Of a stretch of 64,000 nucleotides of DNA, positions 51,161-64,000 are shown piece by piece; position 1 is the first letter of the stretch, and each line of letters opens with the position of its first letter. The DNA is taken from positions 71,116,001-71,180,000 of the forward strand of contig NC_045697.1 of assembly GCF_009834535.1 (NCBI RefSeq), read 5' to 3'. The DNA is from Camelus ferus (lineage: Eukaryota). A program made the translations under genes and the position numbers. Under the pieces are notes generated by a model, which made no database searches, was not told where the DNA came from, and saw nothing but the letters and a program-made list of their open reading frames with translations.

Positions 51161-54100
51161 TTATGAGACTTGTTAAACTGAGAGCAAAAGCAGAAAAATG
51201 CAGTAGCTCCCCGAGATGAGACTTACCAGGAAAGAGATCAAGAATCATTACAGAGCTTCATTTAGAGATGACCCTCATTCCACAGGATTTGTGCTGGCTC
51301 TCAGCACTGAGAAATGTCTCCTTGGAGGAAGTTCTATTTCTACTTATTAAATAAACAAAGTTTAAAACTCAAGAATGTGACTCCTTCCAGAGCAGAATAA
51401 TCTGTTACAGCTCCGATTATCAGGTCCATGTGCTCTGGGAAGTCATCCAGGTAAGTGTACCTGGCCAGCAAAATCACCTGGGAGGGCTCACTGAAATAAC
51501 CAGTGATCAAATGCAAGGAGTCAAGCTGTGCAGTGAAAGTCTTATTTTGATAAACTCTGACTGCAAAGAAATCTAAAAATCACTGGCACACTGCTTAGGT
51601 GCACACTTCTAATTAGCTATAGCAATTTTTCCCTAGACATTCCCTTCATTTTCATTTAAATTAACATAATTCCTTAGCTAAAATGCAAGAGGAAAACGTC
51701 AGAAGAACACAATCTATTTACCCTAATAGCGATAATCAAGTGCTGTCATCCTTCTGGTGTAACAGTATAACCATGCACCTCTTTACTTGAGTGTCCTTTC
51801 ATTAGATTTTGTCCTGTTTATACACATCGAAGGGATATAATTTTGCCCTATGTAATATTTATAATGTTTACAATAATAATATTTATAATTAATAATGTAA
51901 ATAATAATGTACAAATACAATACTACATTTACCAGATGTAGTATGTGCCTTCAAGCCAGGAAGAGAAAATTGTCTTGAAAATTTAAAAATAAATGCAAAT
52001 TACTATGAACTTAAAGAATAAAAAAACTATTCAGCTATCCAAGAGCAAAAGCAAAATATAAGGAAATATAAACAGACTTCTCTTTCCAAGGAATACTGGA
52101 ATATAACTGAACAAGGTTATTATCAAAACACAGAATGTTTTAGTTAATACACATTGTACTGATTTCTTCTGAATTCCTCACTTCCAATATTAGAAAAGGA
52201 AAAAAAGTTTTCTATACTTATTTTCTCTTGTACCTAATTACCTATTAATGATCCAGTTACTTATTAAGCAAAAAAAAAAGTCTTATTATTTTGTTACAGT
52301 GCAGGCATTTTTGTTTTCCTTTTGGGAAAGAAAGATAAACAACAGTGAAAGGGGAAAGAAGGTTCAGTTGTTCTGTATTTCAGAAACAAGGACTTGTTCA
52401 CCATTCTAATCTGAATGTCCCTTTTAGCTTAACTTAATGTTAAGTTAACTTTGATGTAACTTTTAGCTAACTAACTTCCAGTTGTTTTCACTTAAGCATT
52501 TTTTAAAATCTTAATTTAATAAAGCTGATGCAGTTCACTCCAGAACAAACTTCTTATTGCTGATACACTGAATTCATTCTAAAACATCACTAATCTATTT
52601 AATATGTCTGATATGCTTTACTATATGGTATAAAAACTGCTTGCCATTTAGTGAAGATATAGAAACCTAACATTATCAGTTTAAGATATAAAGTTGTCAC
52701 CGAAATGCAATAAAAGCAGCTCCATATACTTCAAAACAACAAAAACAAAAACTCAGCACCTAAGTAGTGGAGAGGTATGACATGTTCGGTAGATGACAGG
52801 CTACATCATCACCAAATTTAGAGGATCTTCTATTAAACAAGTATCTGGCTTAATTAAAAGAAAAAAGTCCCTAGGTCTTCACCTTTTGTGCCAACAATGA
52901 ATATCTAACAGAAGAATCTAAGAATGGAGGTGCTTTTTGAGGTGAATTTTTTGGCTGACCTATATCTGAATGCCAAGGAAAGACATTTACCATCAATAAA
53001 CTGCACAACATTATATATGATTTCTCATTTGGAAACTATTTAGCCATCGTACCATGTAAGGGACACAGCAATATGGCCCCAAAGGAACTTCAATTGTACA
53101 AGCCATTTTCCTCTCATCTGCAGACTGAATGGCACTCTCCCATATTAAAGAACTAGTGGCGATAACAAATGAGAACAATTACACTTTTTTGAGTCCCAAA
53201 TTTTCTTAACTGTTTCCAGTCATGGTGCTATGAATGATATTTCATCAGCTGATCTCCAGATGAGGGCCCTGCATCCCAAAAACCTGTGAGTCCTTCAAAA
53301 CTACTTTCTAGAACTGCTCACTTGCTACAAAAAAGTCCTGTTGATTGTAACAGCCTATTTCATAGAATTCAACAAAACCGCCACATACATCTATGACAAA
53401 TTATATCAGAAAACATTGTGAAAGAGAAACTCCTGAAAAAAACTGCTCTCCTAAAGTGTTATTCAAATATCAATAATATACCTTCAATGATCAGGGAAAA
53501 GAAAAATGTTCCAAAACGATATAAGTAAAGGATGCTATTTTGGAGGACAAATCAACAAAATGGTGCTAGCTCTGAAAAACGGCTTCTAAAATTTGTTGAA
53601 GAAACGAGCTACACTAGTGGGTGAACGGAGGCTAGACGTTCTATATGGGTTTCGTTTATCCCTGGGGCACTTTGCTCCAGTGTCAAGAGTTCTGAATACT
53701 TGGATGTGAGACCTGGTTTTGCCATAACCACATAAAATAAGTGTTTATTGTCCCCATTTGACAGATTAAGAAAAAGAGGTGAAACACATTCTCCAAGTTC
53801 ACTCTAATATTAAGTGGCAGACTTTGGATGCACACCCAGGTACATCTGGTTTCAATTCTCTACATGGGATGACGCTAAACTACCTAATTTATTAAATAGA
53901 ATTGGTATTCTGAAGAACTTTCAGGAACATACTCAATTTTTAGACTATCAAATCTAATTTTGTCTCTAGGCTGAGTGAGTGAAAGAGTGGGGTATAACGT
54001 TTACTGGGCCTCAAGGGCCTCGGGTTCGCAGGCAGATTCAGGCAGGGCTCTGCAGCTAAATGGCCACATGACATCACTTTTCAATCGCTCTACTGCCTTG

Positions 54101-57100
54101 TTTGCAAAATGACGGAATAATACCAGTAGGCTCCACATCCCTTTCCATTTTCAAAATACAAGCCACAGGAGAGTTTCAAGTATTCACCTATGGTGAATAA
54201 CCATTTCAGCTGTGTAACAAATCCCAGGGGCATTCCCCAGGGCTACACTTTGAGAAAGAACGCTTTTCAAAACAGAAATCAGCATAAGGTGGGCTGGTGC
54301 ATTCAATCGCACAGTGTGGGTATTACACAAAAGGGTCTGGATGAATCAGAAACTGAGGGCCGAAATCCTGTCCCCACTCAATGAGGCAGACCCCGTGCCC
54401 TTTCTACTTTCTGCACTGGGTGGATGCAGCCGGTCAGAGACCACGAGCAATGCTAAAGCGATCTTCGTCTCCAAAAAGGAGTTGTTTGTTGGGTGGGACA
54501 AGAAAAGAAATACAACAGTTCTATTTCGTCTCTTCTCTCTCTTGGGCTTGAGGATGAACCACGCGTCTTGAAGAAGAGCCCAGCAAGGAATAAATTCATA
54601 ATAAACACTGATGGGAGGAAAAGGGAAAAAGGAGGAGGAAAAAATGACAGTGTTACAGAAAAGAGGAAGGAGAAAAAAAGGGAGGAGGAAGAAAAGGAAA
54701 AGTTATTAAGTGGAGTTATGAAGAATGTATCCCAGGTTTCCTGGTTAATGGAAGAGAGACGAAAGCCCTCCACGAAAGAATATGATTTTCCCCTCAGCAT
54801 ATCCTGTGCTGAAGCAAAGGTGTTTGATCTTTATTATCATGTTATTCAGATAACATAAGAATATGCTAAGAAAAATCCCTTTAAAACTGCATTATGTTAT
54901 TGAATAACTCTCTCTCTCTCTCTTTTTTTTTGGGGGGGGGTGGAGTTAAAATTGGAAAACTGAAGCAGACTCTCCCACTTTCACTGTTGAAATTTTTTTC
55001 CCTTCACGTTAAAAAAATTTTGTTACACCCAAGTTTTCCCATAACCCTTCACTGTATAAGGTCAACTTTTGTTTTTATAAACACTAGGAAGGTTGAGTAA
55101 TAATTACCCACAGTTTAGATTCCCTTCTAGAAACAATTCATTTAGGGAAAACAAAGGGGAAAAAAATCACGTGTAATAATGGAAAACACAGTTCTTCCAT
55201 CATCCAGATAAGAGAAGAACACAAATAAGAATATTTCAGCAATGGGGATAAACTATAAAACCAACTGCTCTCTGGATGAAACAAGAACTAATGAAGCAAA
55301 TGAATGTGGAAAAGTAACAGTTCTTGAGGACTGAAATAAGCAGAAATATATATATATTTTTAAAAGTCTCAAATCAGACATGAGCAATGAGCAACAAATG
55401 AAGAATGTTCTCTACCACTGTTTATTCTCCAGAGTTTTTACTGGATATCCAGATGTTCCTTTGTTTCACCAAAAAAAAGGAAGAGTGAGATTGGGGTTCC
55501 CAGATTCACTGTCAAAGCCTGATATACTACAATTTTATCATCTTGTGGCTCAAAATTCTCCTAAATATTTCATTAATACATCTGGAAATTATAATATTTA
55601 AAGAATAATTTGAAGGTCCATTAATAATGTGGGGTCATGGAATAAGGAGAAAAAAAATTAAGAAAAAATGCCACAGTTGGTTACATTTCAAATATACCTG
55701 TTAGTGACAAGTGTCCATGGACACAGCCCAGCTCTTTAACAGAAAGGCAGAAGGATGCTGAAAATCACAGTAACATATTTCAAGAAAATGTAAAGGTAAA
55801 ATGAGTGGTTAAAAAATACACAGAATATTGTTGACAGTTATTTCCATTAAAAAATTATTGCCTCAATGATGGTGATTAGATATATCTGTGACATTATTAA
55901 CTCATGCTTCCTAAATGAAATCAATATTTTATAACCAGATTCTTCTACTTATAGAAGAGTCTACTCAACAATGAACAACATATGCATGAAATTATAATAA
56001 AATCTTTTCTCCCTTTGAAAAGTATTCTATAGTATCATGAACATTGCAGATAAATAGAAATACAGTTAAAAGAAAAGCTCTAGAATATTGCTTTCAGCTT
56101 CTGAATCTAATCTTAAGAATAAAATTTAAAACTAACATGGCAGTAAAAACAGACAAAAGAGAATTAATCTCTTCTTAAAAATATAATAAAATCTCATCAC
56201 TAAGCTAAACACGTATCTCTCTTTCATCTAGCAAAATTTCAGTAGACCACCCTATAAGGAAAGGTCATTTATAAGCTATTTCAAATGGGGAAGTAAATCA
56301 TATAATTCTGAACCACCCATGGTGAACAATAAAACTTTTATTCCTAGAAGCTCTATTCTCTTTCAGTGAAAGCAATCTTAAAAGTACTCAACATCTGGAA
56401 TAAAATGAATATTCAGTATGCATTACAATCTTGAGTAGTGTCATCTTGGAAGAGGCCCGTTAACAAATTGTATTCCATATAACAATGCAGACTGATTTTC
56501 TAAAAGTATTGTTTAAGTTGCAAAATGAAATGAGAGATTCAAACTCAAAATCAGAGGATTTACAAATTTCCTTCATTAGTGAGATTTACAAACGTGTAAC
56601 TTAATAGTTAAGACTGGAACTAACGTTACATGAAATGGAGTCAAATGAGTGTTATTGAACATCCATAATGATCATTTTCCATGAAGTTAAATACTTATAA
56701 TCATGAGGTTTGATTAACATGCTCTGGTTTCTTGCATGCCATGTTATCATTATAATCAGAAAACTGGAAGAAATTTTCTCCAATTAAATATAAAACAGAT
56801 GATCACACTTAGGAAGAAAACATGTTTCACTGCCACTTATATAGTTAAGATTACAAATACATATAAATATGTTCACCATAAAGGAAATCAGATTATTTAG
56901 TACCCTAATTTTTACAATAGCCTTAAATTTTCAAATCCTTTGAGACAAGTTCAATAATACATTCTTAAATAATACCATGTATACCCAATGCTTTGTTTTC
57001 CACAATTACTTGACAGCAAGCTTTGGTTCTTTTTTTCCTTTTATTTTGTTTCTTTTTCTTGCTAAAATAATAGCCCAATGAGAAAGGGAAAATTAACCTA

Positions 57101-60100
57101 TTCCTTTTCTCACCAGAAACAAGCATACTTCTATTTTAATCCCACTTTTTATAATCAAACTAAAATATAATCTTTAAATAGTATTAAGACTAAATTTTAC
57201 TTAACAGAATTACTGATGCTTTCTCAGCTAGAGATGAATAGGTTTTAATAGAAAGATCTAGCTTTTCTGATACTCAAGGAAAAATGTACTTGCTTGGGTG
57301 CAACAGGCACTCTGGAAACAACTTTCTTCCCCTAGCACACACAGATGCAAATGAAACACTGGATACTTTCCCTCTTCAATTTCCCAATTCACACCAGGAC
57401 CGTGTCTATTATCCAATGGCTTTCTTGTACATTATTTATCGATAACTCACATATACATGCAAACATTCAAAGGATATTCAAAATATGAATATCCATTCAT
57501 ACTAAATTGGCACGTATACTAGTCACTTCAATAAATTTGAAAAACTTACAGTTTTACCTTAAGGTATGCATTACAAAATGTTGGTTAAACCCAAACAACC
57601 CCCTTGGCCTTAAATTCCTCCTGTATTTTTATTCAGATTGTCCCATTTGAATTACACCATGAAGAAGCCTAAGTATTCTATTCCAAACCGCTCCACCCCA
57701 GTCTTGTACCAGAATTCCTACTATGAAACGACTTGCTTGCATGGATTCAAGGTTTCACATATATTTTCCATTAGTTGCTAAGTGGTAGAAAGCACTAAAT
57801 CCAACTGTACAATGTATAAAATGTGAAGTGCTGTGATAGAGAGATTATCCAAGGGCAATTAAAAAAATCCACACTATAGTGCTGCTTACAAGGGATTAAC
57901 ATGGAATTACAGGAAATACACAGCTGCCTCATACAACGACAGCTGTAGTTACTATCTATATTAGAACTAAATAAGTCTGTTCACATTAACATACTTAGTA
58001 ATGTTTTACATCAATGTAAAAGATTTTTAATCAGATCTGATATATTCAAGGTCACATCACTTAAAAGTTTGTTTCCAAGAGAAATCACATTTTGAGAATT
58101 AAAAGGGATTCTAGTCAGCATCCCTTCACAGGGGGGAAACAAACAAGCAAAAACCCCAACATTCCAAACTGAAATTCTAAGGCCCATGCTCATGTTGCTA
58201 AAAAACATGAACGTAAGAAATTACTTCAAGCAGTCTACTTTTTGAAAAACCACATACAAAATCAAGTCCAACATCATCAACAGGCACCCAGAAACGCAAG
58301 GCATAGTCATGGTTCCTGAGTGTCAACCTTTAGGAATGACTGCATTTCACCAGAATGGACACACTGCGTGCGGTACATAACAACGTTTACAACTCCAAAT
58401 ATATTGACTGTACAAAAGTAATATATAACAGCATCAACTAGGAATTTTTCAAAACTGCTTTAAAGAACAAAACACACTCCCCTCCGAAAGCAAATATATG
58501 TTCTAGTCGCTACCTGGCAGCCAAGACAATATAAAGTTCACACATGCTCTCTCTTCTAGATTATGTTCTTAACACGATCAAAATACTTTTAAAAGTAGGA
58601 GACACCCAACCAAGTGGAATTTAATCCTTAAATTCTTTCGGTTTTCTTTAGTGATCTGCTGCACTGAATTTTCCTCATTCCTTCTCATAGACATAAAATA
58701 ACCTGTATTTAAATTTAGGAGCCCAGATTATCAGTGAATTCTGAAAATAAGGCATCCCAAGCATTTATCAAACTTTTTAGACGACTTGGAAACCGTTGCT
58801 CTGTTAATACATATTACTCTAGGAGTCATCTGAAGTAGCAGAGGCACCCCGTGGCAAGCACACTGTTACGTAACCCTAGGAATTCTATTAGGTATTTTCA
58901 ATGACAGTCAGAGAGGGCCCAGTAGTACTGGACAGTGCTGATGATTCAACCATGCATTTTCTGGTTAGATTCTGATGACAGCTTTACCGGAACCTGAACC
59001 TGAAAAATAAATAGTAAGTCAGAGAAACCTTTCTAAATAATCGGTTAGCATAGATTCTTGAAATTGATCTTCTTCACCCAACATAATGGAGATCTAGTTT
59101 AGAGGAGCATATTTTGAATAACACTGGGTAAAGAAATTAAATATCCTTGGATTACTTTCCATAAAAATGAACATCAGTTGAGGGAATCTTGTAAGGCAAA
59201 TTACTAAAAATTTCTATATTTTAAAATACACAAAATGCTTAACATGTTTTACTGTGTTTTTAGTTTTCTCAGTTCAATACACTTTTCAGTCAACGCTTTC
59301 TTACAATCAGGCATATGACTTCCTGGTTGCTTGGTTCAATAACATACTGTACTATTAAGGATAAACTGTTGAGAATTAAAGAATCTTAATCTATTGAAAT
59401 CATCACTGTTAAAAAACATCTGTATTTATTTATTCTGATAAATCATATTTAAAGGTAAATACATTCTTTCTCACAGTCATCACCAGCAACATCATGACCA
59501 GGACCAGAAAAACAAAAAACCAAACCTAGAACAAGCTATACCAAAAAGCGTATCTAGGGCGTATTCAGAAGCTTCTGATCATTTTTCTTTCCTCCTTTTT
59601 TTTTTTTTTTCTTTTACTATAGGAGAGAGAGCCATTTAATTTTGAAAAATATATATGAGAAAAGCATTACAGTATAAATGGACAGAATTCTTTTCCACAC
59701 TAAATCAGGCATCCCAGTTTGTAAAACTTTCCACCCCCAACCCTAGCCCAAACACATTAAAAAATACACTCAATAACAATGGTACACCATAACCGCCCTC
59801 TTTAGTCACTGTTTTTCCAGTCCTTAAAAACAGTATCACATAAAGATTACCTTCACTTCTGTGTGTCTGAACGAGTCTGTGCTAGGGAAAGGGCACACCT
59901 TATACTCTTTACACTGCCCAGCATCACATATGGAAATCTGATTAATTTTCCCAATTGTTATTTTATCCCAAGGTCATGACTATCTATTGGCAGGTATCCA
60001 GGAATGGATGATTCACTGCACTGATGAAAATGTGGTTCATAAAAATATCATCTATATCAAAGAGAGACCAACTGGAGGAGGACAGAATATGGATCTACTC

Positions 60101-61484
60101 TTAATCATACAATAAAAATATGAATGAACATTATTAAAAAGGAATATGCTTAAGCCTCTTTGAACATAGGCATTCTTGCTCCAGTATCTCTGATGAAAGC
60201 TATGTCCTACACTGAAACACAGATATCAAGCTGGATTAGCTGCAAAGACACAGTTAAAATTTAATTATCTTTGCCAACTGTGCAGGTCATCAGTGCACAT
60301 AATCCAAAAAGTATTTGTATGTGAAAGATAGACATTTGGGTATCTCTGACAGCCTATTAATACATAGTATTTTCAATAATCTAATAAAGTCATTCTGAAA
60401 GGTCTATTTACTTGGCTCCCAAACCTGTCAAACTGTTCACATTTGCTCCAGCAGTCCCTCCATGCAGGGGATGAACTAAGCAGTCTCCTAGGCTAATGGA
60501 AAGACTGGCTTAAATTTGACCTTGGCTCTCTCTTTATAATTAGCTGATTCATTCCCTAGGGGAAAGAGGTAATTAACTTACTGGTTCAGAACTTCCTTAG
60601 GAAAGAAATGTAGCCCTCTCACTTAAAAGAGCTTTCTTTTTTTCTGCAGATCTAATGCAATCTCAGATTTAGAGAAGAACGATAATTTATAAAATTCTTT
60701 CAAATATATTATGTCCTTGGCTCCACACAATAGCCCGTGACTTAGTTTAGGCCAGAGAGCCAGCACTAAGGCACAGACTGGATAAATAATATTGGCAAAA
60801 TCATAATGCCACTTACCAGGTAAAACCAAACTAGAATTCAAGTTTCCTGACTCTCAACTCAGTTCTCTTCCCCTGACTTCACAATGCCATGTCTATAAAA
60901 AATGTTACAGCAGTATTTATAGTGTAGTGGTGTTTCCAGTTGAGATAATACAATAGCAAAACAAATCTGGACACACATATGAAAGCATCCATTCCAGAAA
61001 ATCCCCTTAAAAATGAAACCTTTGTTTCTCTCTTCAATCTCTTTCCACATATCAAAACTCATCAACGCTTCTAAGTAATACACAAATATATCACAATTTA
61101 ATATGTAATTATTCAATATTATTATAACAGCAACACTCTGGAAAATATACGTAACTTGGACTCTAAAATAGTCTTTCAGTCAGCAGACAAAAATGTTAAT
61201 AAAATAGACATATATGAGCATCTTCTAAAATTAAAAAGTGCATATTTTTCTGAATTGCCTAGAAAGGGAACAATTCCCAAACTCTTTAAACACTCCTATT
61301 CCCAGAGGAAAACAAAAGTTTAAAGAAAAAAACAAAATATTGAAATAATGAACACTAATAAGATCCCAACTCAAACCAAAATTATGAACACACCAAAAAC
61401 TGAAATGATTTGGAATAATATAAATAATATAATGCAGATGATAAATAGTAAAAATAAAGCACAAACAGTTATGGACATACACGT

Positions 61485-61617
61485 TGGGTGACCACATTAG
61501 CTTATTGTCTAAACAAGGATAGTCTGGGGATCTAAAAGGAGGTTATTAATAATTACACTGGACAACAGGCATAAATTAGGATTGTCCTGGGAAATAAACA
61601 GGACATATGGTCAGTCA
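61485..61617 (+). mobile_element. hAT-Blackjack MITE, MER94-like
   Basis: TIRs gggtgacca ... atggtca, with internal tattaataattacac.ggacaacaggcataaa..ggattgtcctggg. Confidence 0.7.
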
Positions 61618-62184
61618 AATTTTATGTCTTCACCAGCTGGATTTTTTTCAAGGATTCCCAAGCATCTTGACTTTTTTTTTTAAAGTCAGAATTATTTTTT
61701 TTCTTCATTCTCTCCTACCCCTACTTCTCTTTTATAACCCAGGAAAAGATTAGTCAAGCCACTTAACTCTTTCTTCTCTGCATGTCCTATTTTGTCTATT
61801 AATTAGGGCAAGAAATGTGTATTAGTCTGAAAATCTTCTTTAAAAGCTATTACTTCTACCATCTCAGGTTTATGGCCTCTGTGTTTCCACTTCCAAATGT
61901 CACGGCCAGAGCCCAGAGGAGAAAGCCACAGTCTGGTTTCTGCCTTTGCTAAGACACTGCTCTGTGTTTGACATCACCTGAAACCGGACTCTGAAAAACC
62001 TGCTACAGCTCACTTGAGGCATGTATATTTCAAATGTAATGTCTTCTGAAATTCACCATTTAGAAGAAATAAAGAAATTTGGAGGAGAGGGGTAGAAGAA
62101 CGAGGCAATATTATAAATAAAGCTTTTACAGCACAATGTATAGTCAGGATTTCTGAAGACATTTTCACTAATTCTTCATGCTTA

Positions 62185-62710
62185 GAGCTTTCTTATGGTC
62201 TGTCATCTTCTTCGGAGTAAAGCCAAAGCCCTCACAAAATGTCTTATGATTCCCCCCACTCTCCACGCACAACACTCTTTTGACCCCCTCCTCTCTTACT
62301 CTCTCATTTCATTCACTCAGCATCAGTCAGCCCAACTCTCAGCCCAACTCTCCCACGACCTCCAGCCGTGCTGTTGCCTCAGAGAGTTAGAATACTCCCC
62401 GGTGGGAACACATTCTCCCAGGGAAGCGTCCCCCTCCAAATGTCACTTCCGGGAGACCTTCCCTGACCACCTGATTTTGAATTGAATACACCTTGCATTC
62501 CCCATCTTCCTGTCTAGCTTTATTTTCTCCACATAAAATCACCATTTGACATATCATATATCTGACTTTTTTCTGTCATGCTCTCACCAGAATGCAAGCT
62601 TCATAAAGACAAAGATGTTTTTGTTGAATACACTCACTACTATGTCTCCAGTGTCTAGAAAAGTGACTGTCACCTAAAAAAAGGTTCAATAAACATTTAT
62701 TGGATAAATA
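62185..62710 (+). mobile_element. LINE-2 3' fragment
   Basis: gagtaaagccaaagccctcaca, caaatgtcacttcc..gagaccttccctgaccacc, ccagaatgcaagcttcat and the terminal tcaataaacatttattg. Confidence 0.8.
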
Positions 62711-63579
62711 AGCTTCTAATACAAGAAATGTAACCCTTAAATGCATTAAGCTCACAGAAATGCCTGGCAATCTGGCACACTGGTTGCAACTCCTTCCACA
62801 AGCCTGGTTTGCCTAAAGATGATTTTAAAATTTATAAGTAAAATGTTGGCTATTTTGTACATGTCCTTTTGAGTATCTCTGAAATACAGAATTCTTTGGA
62901 TTTCAAAGAATTTATTGGTTCCAGACTGTTTTTATCAGCAACAGGCATAGCAAATTAGAATTCAATTATGTGTTTAATTATATTTTTAAAACAATATTAA
63001 ACATATACCTTTTATGACAGTTAAGAGGAATTTAAAATAGAAAAAAATAACAATTCCTTTATGCATCTTGTATATACAATACTCAAAGGAAATTATATAT
63101 AAACTACTAATAGGAAAACAAAGACCTTCCTTTTCATCTCTAAAACATGTGGGATAGATGTGGATTTAACAGTGAGAACTTTGTGTCAAACTACATAAAA
63201 ATGCAAACAGCAACATTAGAAACATTAACAATCAAGTTTTCAGTTTTCTCCGTCAAGATATACATTTGTATGAGTGTGGAGAATTAGAAAAAATGGTAAA
63301 GTACAAATACACAATGTGTATATGCTTTGAGTAGAAAATATTTATGGATAATAAGCTGTGTTGTATATAATACTGTCACGATACGGATGCTGAAATACCT
63401 GAAATTTTGAAACTCTAACATTAAAGTAGTACCTTTCTTTCTACGTGAAAAAAACCATATAGTTATAGAACCTAAGCTTTGAAGGATTTTAATATAAACG
63501 ATGAACAGATTTGTGCCGACATAGCTCAGCCAAGATCTGAGTTGTAAACTTTCTGAGAATCCAGGCTCCTTGCAATCAC

Positions 63580-63620
63580 ACATGTGCACACGCACACGCA
63601 CACACCCCCACGCACACACA
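63580..63620. repeat. Imperfect (CA)/(CACG) microsatellite
   Basis: gcacacgcacacgcacacaccccacgcacacaca. Confidence 0.8.
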
Positions 63621-64000
63621 GAATTTCCTTCCTTTCTCCATTCTAATTGTTGTTACATCCAGCATCTAGGCAAAATTTCCCAAACCAAGTGACAAAATTA
63701 AAAATGTAGGACCTCTGATATCTTGATATGACAGTTGGGAAACAATCGTATATTTGGATTGCAAAGGTTTCCTTTAGATATGGCACACTGGTAACAGAAT
63801 GACCCAAGTCAGAGACTGCAGACTACTGATACGGGGGAAAAATTTGCTAGATGAGTAAGTATCTATGAAGACTCAACAACTGTCAAAACTGAAACAAGTT
63901 CTAACTCAGTGAACTCACCAGTTTGGAATATTACTGAATTAAAGCTCCAAATGCACAGCTGTGTTTCTTGCACTACATTATTAGGAAGCAGTAATTACAA

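Noticed and set aside
52752..52775. REST/RE1-like half-site TCAGCACC (also 5642)
   Set aside because: There is no properly spaced GGACAG right half.
54453..54858. Lys/Glu-rich 121-aa ORF and its Phe/Ser-rich antisense ORF
   Set aside because: Both result from a low-complexity purine tract. There is no recognisable domain, and the plus-strand ORF starts at GTG rather than ATG.

Overview
This is mammalian genomic DNA (AT-rich, CpG-depleted), most likely from a camelid, judging by three copies of a tRNA-Ala-like SINE of the Vic-1 type. The whole window lies inside the calcineurin A alpha gene PPP3CA on the minus strand. The only coding sequence is the 201-nt exon 2 (33903-34103), flanked by intron 1 (34104-64000) and intron 2 (1-33902). 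The rest is intron with the usual repeats: MIR, L2, L1 3' ends, solo LTRs (MER21-like, MLT1A-like), hAT and Tigger relics, and a 5'-truncated class I ERV remnant that still shows a decayed env gene, a polypurine tract and a 3' LTR. The other ORFs in the track look spurious. I see no evidence of a novel multi-gene system. The best leads are splicing hypotheses (a candidate 12-nt microexon, a recursive-splice-like site, a stop-free exon 2 circle), the env fossil, a rearranged SINE junction and a few regulatory motifs. Repeat family names come from recalled consensus sequences, and repeat boundaries are approximate unless a TSD or terminus is quoted.
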